From Spongospora subterranea f. sp. subterranea (taxonomy: Eukaryota): a DNA stretch of 20,000 bases. The position numbers and the translations under genes are program-made. The DNA is taken from contig JAUGWO010000040.1 of the NCBI GenBank assembly GCA_049724395.1, forward strand, positions 48,560 to 68,559. Direction: 5' to 3'. The notes under the pieces are model-generated. The model saw only the letters and a program-made list of their open reading frames with translations, was not told the origin of the DNA and made no database searches. Below are positions 9,116-18,576 of the stretch, piece after piece (the stretch's first letter is position 1; each line of letters begins with the position of its first letter).

Positions 9116-11686
9116 TCAGAAATAGTCATTATGACAGTCCATAGGGCAAAAAAGTCGACAATTGTCAAGCAAAGTTTTCGAAAAGTCGCAAATTGTCAAG
9201 ACGAGTATGAGGCCGTGAGCTTCTAGTGAGATCAACTCCACAGTGGAAGGGTTTGGACATGATCCACTACTTGGAACTCGCAAATCATGCCGAACGTGGA
9301 ATCCATAATTCGCGTAGAAAGGAGACATTCCAGTTGAAGAATGGAAAGAATTGTTGTACGCGAATTCAGCCATGGGTAGAATATCCACCCAGTCGTTTTG
9401 ACGATAGCTAATAAAACAACGCAAGTATGATTCGAGAACCTGATTTACTCGCTCTGTTTGACCGTCTGATTCAGGATGACGTGACGAGGAGAGATTCCGT
9501 TGAATATGTAAGGACTTCAGAAGATGCTTCCAGAATTGGGCAACGAACTGGGGCCCTCTATCAGACACAATATCAGTCGGAAGACCGTGTAACTTAAAAA
9601 TGTTGGCGAAAACTAGATTAGCCAGATCACAACTGGTAATGGTTTCATTGCATGGGATGAAATGAGCCATTTTTGTGTATCGGTCAACCACCACCAGTAT
9701 GCTGTCAAAACCTGCGGATTTAGGAAGTTTAACAATGAAATCCATAGAAATTGATGACCATGGGTGAGAGGGAATGGGAAGCGGGAGTAATAAACCCGAG
9801 GGCTTGCGGCGAGGAACTTTCGAACGCGCACAGACGTCACAAGATCGAACGAAAGACTTGACCATCGAGCGCATGCCTGGCCACGTAAACTGCCTGGCAA
9901 TTAACTCATACGTCTTAGTGATGCCGAAATGACCAGCTAACGGAGAATCATGGCAAGAGGATAGAATTTGTAATTGCTTTGTTTTGTCGTCGACGCGCTC
10001 AGGTTCCAATGGGCACAGAGTCATCGCATTGACGAAGCGCGAATTTGGCAATACGGGTTGTTGAAGATTGCGATCGGAACTCTCAGCAAAGTCAGGGCGA
10101 CGTGACAATGCATCTGGCTTTTGAGAAAGGGACCCTGGCCGATGGCGAATGACAAAATCAAATTCTGACAGAAATAATGACCATCGCGCTTGGCGACGAT
10201 TCAACAGCTTTGACGTCATAAACCACTCGAGATTCTTATGGTCGCTCAATACCAGTATTTGAGAAGTAGCACCATCCAGATAGTGGCGCCAGGTTTGAAA
10301 GGAAGTGACAATTGACAACAATTCCTTGTCGTAAATCTCATAATTTAACTCAGCAGGAGTGAATTTACGGGAGTAGTAAGCTACAGGATGTAAGCCATCT
10401 GAGTGCTGTTGAGACAATATAGCGCCCAGAGCAAAATCAGATGCATCGGCTTCAACTACAATGTCCAACGTGGGATCAAAATGGCGTAGAACTGGCGCCG
10501 AGACGAACGCAGACTTCAAAGATTGAAATGACGTTGCGGTATTGGAACTCCACTCATAAGGAACGTTCTTCTTAGTTAATGAGAATAAAGGATGAGTAAT
10601 GCGAGAATAATTTTGGATAAAAGCGCGGTAGAAATTTGCGAACCCCAAGAACGACTGAAGTTCCTTGACTGACTGAGGAACTGGCCACGACCGGATGGCA
10701 GATATACGCTCTGGATCCATCAATAACCCGCCAGATGACAAGCGGAACCCCAGAAAATCAATCTCAGTAACGTGAAAATCACATTTACTAAGTTTGGCAA
10801 ACAGGTTGTGCTTGCGAAGAATCCGGAGAACCGTTTGAACATGTTGAACATGTTCGTCGATGTTGGGGGAAAATATCAAGATGTCGTCTAAGTACACAAC
10901 AACGAATCGATCACTGCAATCATGTAGAATGTCATTCATAAATCGTTGGAAACAAGCAGGTGCATTGGCTAAACCAAAAGGCATCACCAGGTACTCAAAC
11001 AGACCGAATTTTGTCCGAAAGGCTGTCTTCCATTCGTCGCCTTCTCTGATGCGAACGAGGTTATATGCATTTCGAAGGTCAATTTTAGAAAACACTCTTC
11101 CGGATTGAACACTGGACAAAATAGCGCTGATAAGGGGAAGGGGGTACCGATTCTTGATAGTAATGGAATTGATTCGCCGATAATCAACACATAACCGAAG
11201 AGACTTGTCCTTCTTCTCGACAAACATTACCGGCGAACTGCAAGAAGAAGATGAGGGCCGAATAAATCCTTTACGTAGATTATCGTCAATGTACTCGCGC
11301 AGAGCAGCGGTTTCGGGAATGGACAGCTGATAAATTGGACCGAACGGAGGCAGTGAACCAGGCTCCAGATCGATCGAGCAATCATACGTGCGATGTGGCG
11401 GGAGCGAATCTGCTTGTTTGTCATCGAAAACGTCGGAGAATTGGATGTATGAATCCGACAGCATAGAAGCGGATGAGATGGAAGGTACGGATTCTGAGGT
11501 GACGGCTGTTTCGGAGGTGTTGACGGTCTGTGTCGCGAGTGAATGCACAACACACGGAAATCGAAGGGAGCGGGATATCCAATCGACAGTTGGATTGTGT
11601 TTCACCAACCACGAATAGCCTAGAAGAATAGGGAATGTTAAGTTGTTGACAATCAGGAAGGAAGTGTTGCAGGAGAACCCATCCAC
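9116..11686 (-). CDS. pol: Open pol segment of element B (RT, RNase H, integrase); the last ~40 codons read into unrelated DNA
   Basis: LRLCVDYR, YLDDIL, EADASDFALGAILSQ, DHKNL, HDSPLAGHFG..CDVC, SMDFI, SDRGPQF, HPESDGQTER. Confidence 0.95.
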   Translation of the reverse strand: MDGFSCNTSFLIVNNLTFPILLGYSWLVKHNPTVDWISRSLRFPCVVHSLATQTVNTSETAVTSESVPSISSASMLSDSYIQFSDVFDDKQADSLPPHRTYDCSIDLEPGSLPPFGPIYQLSIPETAALREYIDDNLRKGFIRPSSSSCSSPVMFVEKKDKSLRLCVDYRRINSITIKNRYPLPLISAILSSVQSGRVFSKIDLRNAYNLVRIREGDEWKTAFRTKFGLFEYLVMPFGLANAPACFQRFMNDILHDCSDRFVVVYLDDILIFSPNIDEHVQHVQTVLRILRKHNLFAKLSKCDFHVTEIDFLGFRLSSGGLLMDPERISAIRSWPVPQSVKELQSFLGFANFYRAFIQNYSRITHPLFSLTKKNVPYEWSSNTATSFQSLKSAFVSAPVLRHFDPTLDIVVEADASDFALGAILSQQHSDGLHPVAYYSRKFTPAELNYEIYDKELLSIVTSFQTWRHYLDGATSQILVLSDHKNLEWFMTSKLLNRRQARWSLFLSEFDFVIRHRPGSLSQKPDALSRRPDFAESSDRNLQQPVLPNSRFVNAMTLCPLEPERVDDKTKQLQILSSCHDSPLAGHFGITKTYELIARQFTWPGMRSMVKSFVRSCDVCARSKVPRRKPSGLLLPLPIPSHPWSSISMDFIVKLPKSAGFDSILVVVDRYTKMAHFIPCNETITSCDLANLVFANIFKLHGLPTDIVSDRGPQFVAQFWKHLLKSLHIQRNLSSSRHPESDGQTERVNQVLESYLRCFISYRQNDWVDILPMAEFAYNNSFHSSTGMSPFYANYGFHVRHDLRVPSSGSCPNPSTVELISLEAHGLILVLTICDFSKTLLDNCRLFCPMDCHNDYF

Positions 11687-12912
11687 TTGCAGACGGATGG
11701 TTTCCGATTCTTTACCAATCTCAACCTGATGGCGATGAAACTGAGACTGTTATGGGCGTGTGAGTAGGTTGGATAGGTATATTGTGTTTGGTACGAATGC
11801 GGCGTTAAATTTGTGCAAGCCCCGCTATCCAATAACAGATCAGTACTACTGTGAATCGCAACACCGTCTGGAGACAAAATGGAGAACGGAAACGTACAAG
11901 CCGACGAAAACCGAGCGTAAATCGAATTTGAAGCGTTGTATTGGTCTTTCCGTGCTATCGCAGGACAATGCTCAATCGAATGAGAGCCTCCACAGTAAGG
12001 GCACAACCCGAGGCGCCGTCGACGATTTTTCTCTTCATCTGTAATGGGACCGCGTGGACCGCTTCGTTGCTGTTGAGGGGTGTGGGACTGGGCCGGATGG
12101 TGTTGGGTCGGAAGGGGAGGATGGGATGGGGGGCCGGTTCGAATGGCTTCCATCTTTGAGTTGAACGACGTCGCGGTGGTCACTAGTTGGTCCAAGGACA
12201 CGAACGGGTTTCCCGTACCTTCCGACAATATGAGCATCCTTTGGAGATCATGACGAAGTCCTTGCCGGAATTGGTGAATCAGCGTCGATTGAGTCCAGTC
12301 AACGTCTTGCGACAGTAACCGGAAATCATTGCAGTATTTTCCAAGGTCAGATCCCATCCTCAGCCTGCGCAGGGAATCAGCAGCTTTGCCAGCCCGGTCG
12401 GGATCGTCAAAGGCAATGGTGAATGCCGTGATGAATGAATTGAGATCGGTCAGTATGGGGCCAGGAGCTCCATAAAACGGTGTCAGCCAGGCCCGTGCTT
12501 ACCCGGTAAGCAACGAGCAGATTAACGCAATACGTTGAGTGTCGTTGGAATATGTCAGCGGCTGTGCCGTTAGAAACTGTTGCACTTGGCCTAACCAATG
12601 CCGAAATATGACTCTATCTCCTGCGTAAGCTTCTGGCATTTTCAGCTTGGGATCCTTTCCCTGAGGGAGCAATGGGGTAGGAATTGAGGACTGGGGCTGG
12701 GTGTCTTCGGCGGGACTGGCGAGGATTGAAGAAGGTGATGTCGCTGTCGCCAGGAATGTGGAGAGTTGATCGACTAGTTGATTGAACCTGTCGTTTGTTG
12801 ACCGCTGATAGGTATTAAGTTGTTCCCGCGATTCTGCCAGTTGTCGTGCAACTTCCGCGAGCTGCTCTGCGGTGGTGGTCTGCCGAGTTGTAATCGTGTC
12901 CCCATTCGTCAT
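11687..12912 (-). pseudogene. gag: gag-protease of element B; one in-frame TAA (12499-12501) and frameshifts after DSGA
   Basis: ATG at 12912; KMPEAYAGDR; LLTG*ARAW continues in frame to FDDPDR, FRQGL, CPYCGGSHSIEHC and LLDSGA. Confidence 0.9.
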
Positions 12913-12962
12913 GGCGGATCGTCGGATTTGCGGTAAAGAGGGTGTCACGTTCGAGAGAGGTT

Positions 12963-13165
12963 AAGTTAGCTGTTAGTTAGGTGAGAGGAGAGGCAGAGAG
13001 GTTAGCGACAAAAGTTAGAGGTGGTAAGTTATAGAAATATAGAGATGGTAGTTAGAGAGAGGAAGAGAGTGGGCAATAGAGAGGGAGAGGTTAAGTGAGT
13101 ATAGGGAGGTGGAGAGGTGAAGTTAGCTGTTAGTTAGGGGAGAGGGAGGAGAGGGGTTAGCGACA
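12963..13165 (-). repeat. Pyrimidine-rich leader of element B with an imperfect ~46-bp duplication
   Basis: Plus strand AAGTTAGCTGTTAGTTAGG..GGTTAGCGACA at 12963-13010 and 13120-13165. Confidence 0.8.
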
Positions 13166-13169
13166 GAAG

Positions 13170-13179
13170 GTTCGGACAA
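13170..13179 (-). promoter_or_regulatory. Self-priming PBS of element B
   Basis: Sense TTGTCCGAAC, 2 nt (GT) after the LTR end; complementary to LTR sense GTTCGGACAA at 13224-13233. Confidence 0.8.
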
Positions 13180-13181
13180 AC

Positions 13182-13336
13182 TGTCAGGAATGTTAATACA
13201 AACGATGTTAATAGTAAACGACGTTGTCCGAACTGAGCATTTGCCCAGTTCGGACGGTACGCTTCAATCGTTTATTATTAACGATATACGTTGTCAGTAG
13301 TATGGTCGGTAGTACGGTCGTCGTACGGTCGTGACA
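13182..13336 (-). repeat. 5' LTR of element B (155 bp)
   Basis: TGTCA...TGACA termini; followed by PBS and leader; AATAAA (sense) at 13271-13276; internal hairpin 13226-13255. Confidence 0.88.
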
Positions 13337-14840
13337 AACCAGGACCACCTCCGGAGAAGTTGTGTGCCGCGAGAATTACCTTTCCGAAACCAATGTTGGA
13401 GCGCATCAGAACTAACCAGAAATCGGACGCATTCGTTCAAGACATCATTTCGAGATTGCCCATAGACAATTTTCGACTACACGACGACGCCCTTTACAAG
13501 GACCAAGCACTCGTCGTGGCGGGAGAGGACTGTAAACTCGACATTCTCAGAGTACGTCACGACGCTCCAGTAAGCGGCCATTTCGGGGTCTCCAAGACCA
13601 TCAAGTCGGTAGGACGAGAGTACTGGTGGCCCGGAATGACCTGCTACGTTAAGAATCATGTGAAATCGTGCGATTTTTGTGGCCGAGCCAAATCCAGTAT
13701 CGTCATCGACCACACGGGTTGCTCTGCCCATTGCCGGTTCCCGATGATATTTGGCGCTCAATCACCATGGACTTCATCGTCAAGTTGCCAAAATCTAAAG
13801 GTTTCGATTCAATTTTAGTCGTGGTGGATCGATTGTCCAAGATGAGTCATTTCATCCCTTGTAAAGAATCGCTCACTGCTGCAGGGTTAGTCTACTTGCT
13901 ATTACAGAATGTGTTCAAACTACATGGACTACCAGACGAGATTATTTCAGACCGTGGACCTCAATTCGTCTCGAAGTTTTGGAAACAACTTTTATCTCGA
14001 CTTAAGATCGATAGGAAACTCGCATCCTCTCGACACCCGCAGACCGATGGACAAACCGAACGAGTGAACCAAATCCTGGAACAGTACATACGTTGTTTTA
14101 TCAATTTTCAACAGGACGACTGGGCGGATTTATTACCCATGGCCGAGTTCGCCTACAATAATGCCGATCACTCGGCGACGAAGATGACGCCATTTTTCGC
14201 GGTTTACGATTCCCATCCCCGATTCGACGATGCGACAACGTGTTCCGTTAGTACCCATCCTTTGGCTGACGATCGCGCGAATCACATTAACAATGTGCGA
14301 CAATTCCTTAAGACACAGCTCCAACGCGCAGCCCGGGATATGAAGCGTTTTGCAGACAAAAAAAGATTACCGCATCCAAACTACGCTGTAGGCGATAAGG
14401 TTTGGTTAAGCTCCAACGGCATCTCGACTAACCGTCCAAGTGTTAAAATAAGCAGTCGCAAACTTGGGCCTTATAGGATAACCGAGATCATTAATCCAGT
14501 TACCTATAGGTTATCATTGCCTGACACGTCCAAGCTCCATAATGCCTTCCACACCGCACTGCTGTCACCCTATATAGAGAATGATATCCCAGAGCGTACT
14601 CAACCGCCACCGCCTCCCGTGTTCCTCGATTCTCATAACCCTGAACCACTCTATATTGTCCATGCAGTCCTCGACTTTCGGTGGTACCGAAACCAACTCC
14701 AGTACTATCTCGATTGGGAGAACTATCCACCATCGGAGCGATCGTGGGAACCGGCATGACGCCTCGGCGCAACGCCGGCATTGCAGGAAGCGATTCAGAA
14801 ATTTCCTGCCCAGTATCCCCTTAAGCCGGGCCGTCCTTAA
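13337..14840 (+). pseudogene. Integrase with C-terminal chromodomain; frameshift at ~13695 and TGA at 14757
   Basis: HDAPVSGHFG..CDFC; TMDFI, SDRGPQF, HPQTDGQTER; GPY motif; YIVHAVLD..YYLDWENY..SWEPA*RLGATPALQEAIQKFPAQYPLKPGRP*. Confidence 0.93.
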
Positions 14841-14851
14841 GGAGGTGGTGA
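14839..14851 (+). promoter_or_regulatory. Polypurine tract of element C
   Basis: AAGGAGGTGGTGA directly before the LTR start TGTCAG. Confidence 0.8.
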
Positions 14852-15000
14852 TGTCAGGAATATTTCATATATTCCTAACTCGCGCAGTTCAGACGCAGTT
14901 TTCGGACAAGAATTGACCAATAGAAGGTAATTCTTGTCAACACCTCGCTCAGGCATCAATAAATCGCTAGTTATATCAACTGCTCTGGCTTGTTCTAACA
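14852..15000 (+). repeat. 3' LTR of element C (149 bp)
   Basis: TGTCAG...CTAACA; AATAAA at 14958-14963; end fixed by the match to 4257-4272 and by copia integrase codons beginning just after 15000. Confidence 0.88.
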
Positions 15001-17426
15001 CAGCAGCCAGGCAGAGACGAAACTGAGAGTGACAACGTTTCTGACAGACAACGGGTCCGAATTGTAAATCGCGATGGTATGGTATGGTATACAAAGGATC
15101 GCGGGTCCTTATGGGTTGAAAGCCTGTGTACTACCAGGCTTTCCCTACATGCGCCTGGCCGCTACAAGTAGCTTGGGTATCCAGTGAAAAAACCTATTAG
15201 ACCTGGATTCAGCAACATAATCTGTCCTAACGACCACACCGAATGGGACCTGCCCCCACCTAATTACATTGCCTATCCAGAGTTTCCGAGTTTACTGCAA
15301 GCAGCTCGCTCTCCCACATTCATCAGACGCCACGTGGTCAGACCTTCGTGCTCAACATTCACTCTACTTTTCCGTATTGGATGCAACCTTGGGGGGTCTC
15401 CCAAAATTCCATCACTCACGGGGTTTCGAACTCATGTCCAACACTCACCCGGACATGCCTGCCACCAACAGGGACAGACAGGAACCAAGCGCTGAGCACT
15501 TACCTACTTCAGAAAAACATCAAACACGTACCATACAGCCCCCAACAAAATGGGCAAGCAGAGCGCAGAAACCAGACGGTCATGGTCATGACGCGATGCA
15601 TCTTAATCGAATTGAAACTCCCTTATGATTATTGGTCATTCGCTGTGCACTATGCTGTCTATACACTGAACCGCCTCCCGACGCGACGAATCAACTGGCT
15701 CACCCCGCACGAACTATGGATCGGAACCAAACCCCAGGTAACCCATCTGCGGCCGTTTAGATGCACAGCCTCGCCCACATCGATACATCACTTCGAACAT
15801 CCATCCAACAAAACATCACACACATGCCTTTTCCTTGGATACGCGCCATACCAAAAGGGGTACATACTACAGCACATGGAGAACAAAACTATTTACGTTC
15901 GACGGGATGTCACCTTCGACGAGCAATCATTCCCTGCGGTCCCCGACGCATCGCTAGCACCGGAAAACGCACATGATCCCTTGGAAACAATAGACAATCA
16001 AGGATTTTCACTTGACTTCAACGCACACAACACGACTGCCGCATACCCTAAGAACTATAAACAAGCAATGACATTACCCGACGCTGATCAATGGCATCAA
16101 GCAGCACTGGAAGAGCTTGCATCCCACAGACTGAACCAAAGCTGGACAATAGTCGATTTACCCGCCAACGCGAAGCAAATTTAGTCACGATGGATATTCA
16201 CAAAAAAACGAACTCCCAATGGCGACGAACGCCACAAAGCACGCCTCGTAGCAAAATGGCTATACACAAACATACGGTATCGATTATCATGACACCTACT
16301 CATCGGTATTAACATGTGTTTCCCTCCGCATCATCATCGTCATATCAGTGAGCAATCAATGGCCAGTTTATCACTTCGACTTCACCACCGCCTATCTAAA
16401 TGCTCCATTACTTATCCCGATTTACTTACAGCAACCCGAAGGCTTTGTCAAGTCCGGCGGCGATCACAAAGCATGTTTACTCAACAAAGCCATCTATGGA
16501 TGAAAGCAGGCCGGAAGCGCTTGGCAACAGGAACTTGTATCCGCAATCAAGTTGGCCAACTTCACACAATCTGTAAAAGACCCATGCATCTTCTACAAGC
16601 ACGATAATCAAGGCTTGACAATGATCGGAACCTACGTCGATGATCTATTGATCACTGGCGACATCTTGAGTTCAATTAAAGAACTAGAGAAAACACTTGC
16701 ATTCACATCAAGAACTTGGGTGAACTCAAACAGTTCCTAGGGATCGAAGCCACGAAGACTACCGACGGCTTACTCCTTACGCAGACCGATTACGCAATGT
16801 CAATCATGAACAAGTTCGGACAAGAACACAGCAAAGGACGATCGATACCAATGGACAAGACATATGATCCAGAAGATGATCAATCCGAAGAAAGTGGAGT
16901 CAATTATCCTATTCGAGAAGCAATCGGCTCACAAATGTACCTCGCAAACAACACAAGACCCGACATCACATTCGCCGTAAATTCTGTCGCAAGACACGTT
17001 TATCTTGCCATCGAAACAACTCTGGAAAATGACCCAGAATATAATCAAGTATATCAAATCAACCGCTGACCTCGGATTCAAGTTTACTCCAGGAAACTTC
17101 TTGATAACTGGATGGGCAGATAGCGATTTCGCAGGCGACAAAGTTGACAGGCGATCTACATCCGGTTGGATTTACAAGATCGGTGACAACACGGTATCCT
17201 GGAAAAGTTCAAAACAACGGGCAGTGACATTATCCAGCACCGAAGAGGAATATGTTGCCGCATGTGATGCATCCAAGGAAGCCATATGGCTACAAGACTT
17301 GATGTTTGAACTGGGCCATGATTCAAGGAAAAACAACAATCCTGTATCAAGATAATCAAGGCGCAATATTCCTAGAGAGAAATCACTGTAAAAAGACAAG
17401 GACCAAGCACATTGATGTCAAACATC
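15001..17426 (+). pseudogene. Ty1/copia pol remnant (copia-2: integrase core, RT, RNase H), many frameshifts, both ends cut by insertions
   Basis: QAETKLRVTTFLTDNGSE; ALSTYLLQKNIKH..PQQNGQAERRN; RRDVTFDE; YVDDLL; TRPDITFAV; GWADSDFAGDKVDRRSTSG; ends at KHIDVKH. Confidence 0.93.
15074..15482 (-). mobile_element. Putative tRNA-derived SINE, copy 2 (5' boundary approximate)
   Basis: Inverted homolog of 7741-8209; B-box-like motif 15422-15431; (ATACC)n tail 15074-15090; splits copia integrase between DNGSE.VN and ALSTYLL. Confidence 0.7.
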
Positions 17427-17678
17427 TGTGCCAACTTGCCGTGTAAGTTGAGTTCAGACTTCTATCGCTTTTGTCAATCAATCAATTCTGTATTATTCTT
17501 CCTTCTCTTCCGGCAGACCTCTCTCGCAGGTTCCGCAGTCCGTGACGCATCTCTTCCAGTGACGCGGCCTTTGCTTCAGTCATGGTCCTGCCGTCTTACT
17601 GGTGGTCACGCCGTCTTCTTAGTTATTGCCTTCTGGAATATGTGCATTCGTTAGTCATGTGAATACATAATTGATACA
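17427..17678 (-). repeat. 3' LTR of gypsy element D (252 bp)
   Basis: Minus strand TGTATCAA...TTGGCACA (6/8 inverted match); preceded by the PPT; ends exactly where copia-2 RNase H breaks. Confidence 0.78.
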
Positions 17679-17690
17679 TTCCCCTCCTTC
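17679..17690 (-). promoter_or_regulatory. Polypurine tract of element D
   Basis: Minus strand GAAGGAGGGGAA followed by TGTA. Confidence 0.82.
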
Positions 17691-17801
17691 AAAATTTGAC
17701 TTCTGTTGTAACCGCTTCTGTACAAAAGTTGTACCTTCTGATAGTTGACTTCGGAATATCGCATTAAAAAACCCAGTGGGAAAAAGCATGACTCCCAACA
17801 A

Positions 17802-18574
17802 TCAACTCTTCTTTGTAATAAACGCAATAACATCTTCTTTCAGAACATGGTCTTCTGAAATTAACTTCTTGGCATAATTTGCTACTAGCCCTGGTACGTC
17901 AGTGTTGAGATGTTCCAGATTTTCCCAGGAATTTTCTGCTTCAGTAAATCCTTTCCATTCAACCAGCAGCTGAATTTGCCCAGATTGTGGGTCAAATCTG
18001 CAACCTTTGAATTCCTTCACTTCAAAAGAAAAATTATCATGGGAGAACTGGGCTTTGATATCCTCTGAGATATTCAGCTTACTATCATCATAGTATCGCA
18101 CTCTATCCCCATGGACAATTTGTTTCTTGCCAGTCACTATATTTTCAACTTCAAAAACATAGTTACTTTGCGAGTCTGTGATACGGTAAGGGCCTCTCCA
18201 TTTCAAAAAGAGCTTCTTGCCCGCCGTATTCGGCTCCGGCAAACCAATTAGCACATAGTCACCCAAATGGAAATTTGGTGTTCTTCGAAAATGGTCCTTT
18301 TGCGCTCTCTTCTTAGCACGCAATTTAGCAGATGTGTCACACACATTTCTGTGCATTTCTTCAAGTGAACTTTGCAACTGTTCCACACTGTTCTGGATCT
18401 TCTCTTTTCCAAGTGGGCTTACTGCAAACTCATTTCTTCCAGGGCACCAGAAAACTTCCGACAAAGGGTTGTCCGCATTCATCCCACTCATCACTGTAAT
18501 GGGTGCATGCCCGTTGTGTCAGGAGGCGCAACCCGATGAGGCACTCCTTCTCACCCGTTCTCTATTGTATCTAA
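17802..18574 (-). pseudogene. C-terminal integrase (GPY/F region) and chromodomain of gypsy element D
   Basis: GHAPITVMSG; NFHLGDYVL; KLFLKWRGPYRI; VHGDRVRYY; FEVKEF..LLVEWKGFTEAENSWE. Confidence 0.87.
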
Positions 18575-18576
18575 TA

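Larger units (their letters stand above)
9240..13336 (-). mobile_element. Ty3/gypsy element B (Tf1/sushi-like), 5' LTR to integrase core, 3' truncated
   Basis: 5' LTR, PBS, CT-rich leader, gag, PR, RT, RH, IN in gypsy order; left boundary approximate. Confidence 0.95.
13337..15000 (+). mobile_element. Ty3/gypsy chromovirus element C, 3' part
   Basis: Integrase plus chromodomain, PPT and 3' LTR. Confidence 0.93.

Noticed and set aside
15001..15046. Extending the element C LTR to CTGACA at 15046
   Set aside because: This segment encodes copia integrase (QAETKLRVTTFLTDNG), and the 5' LTR remnant fixes the end at 15000
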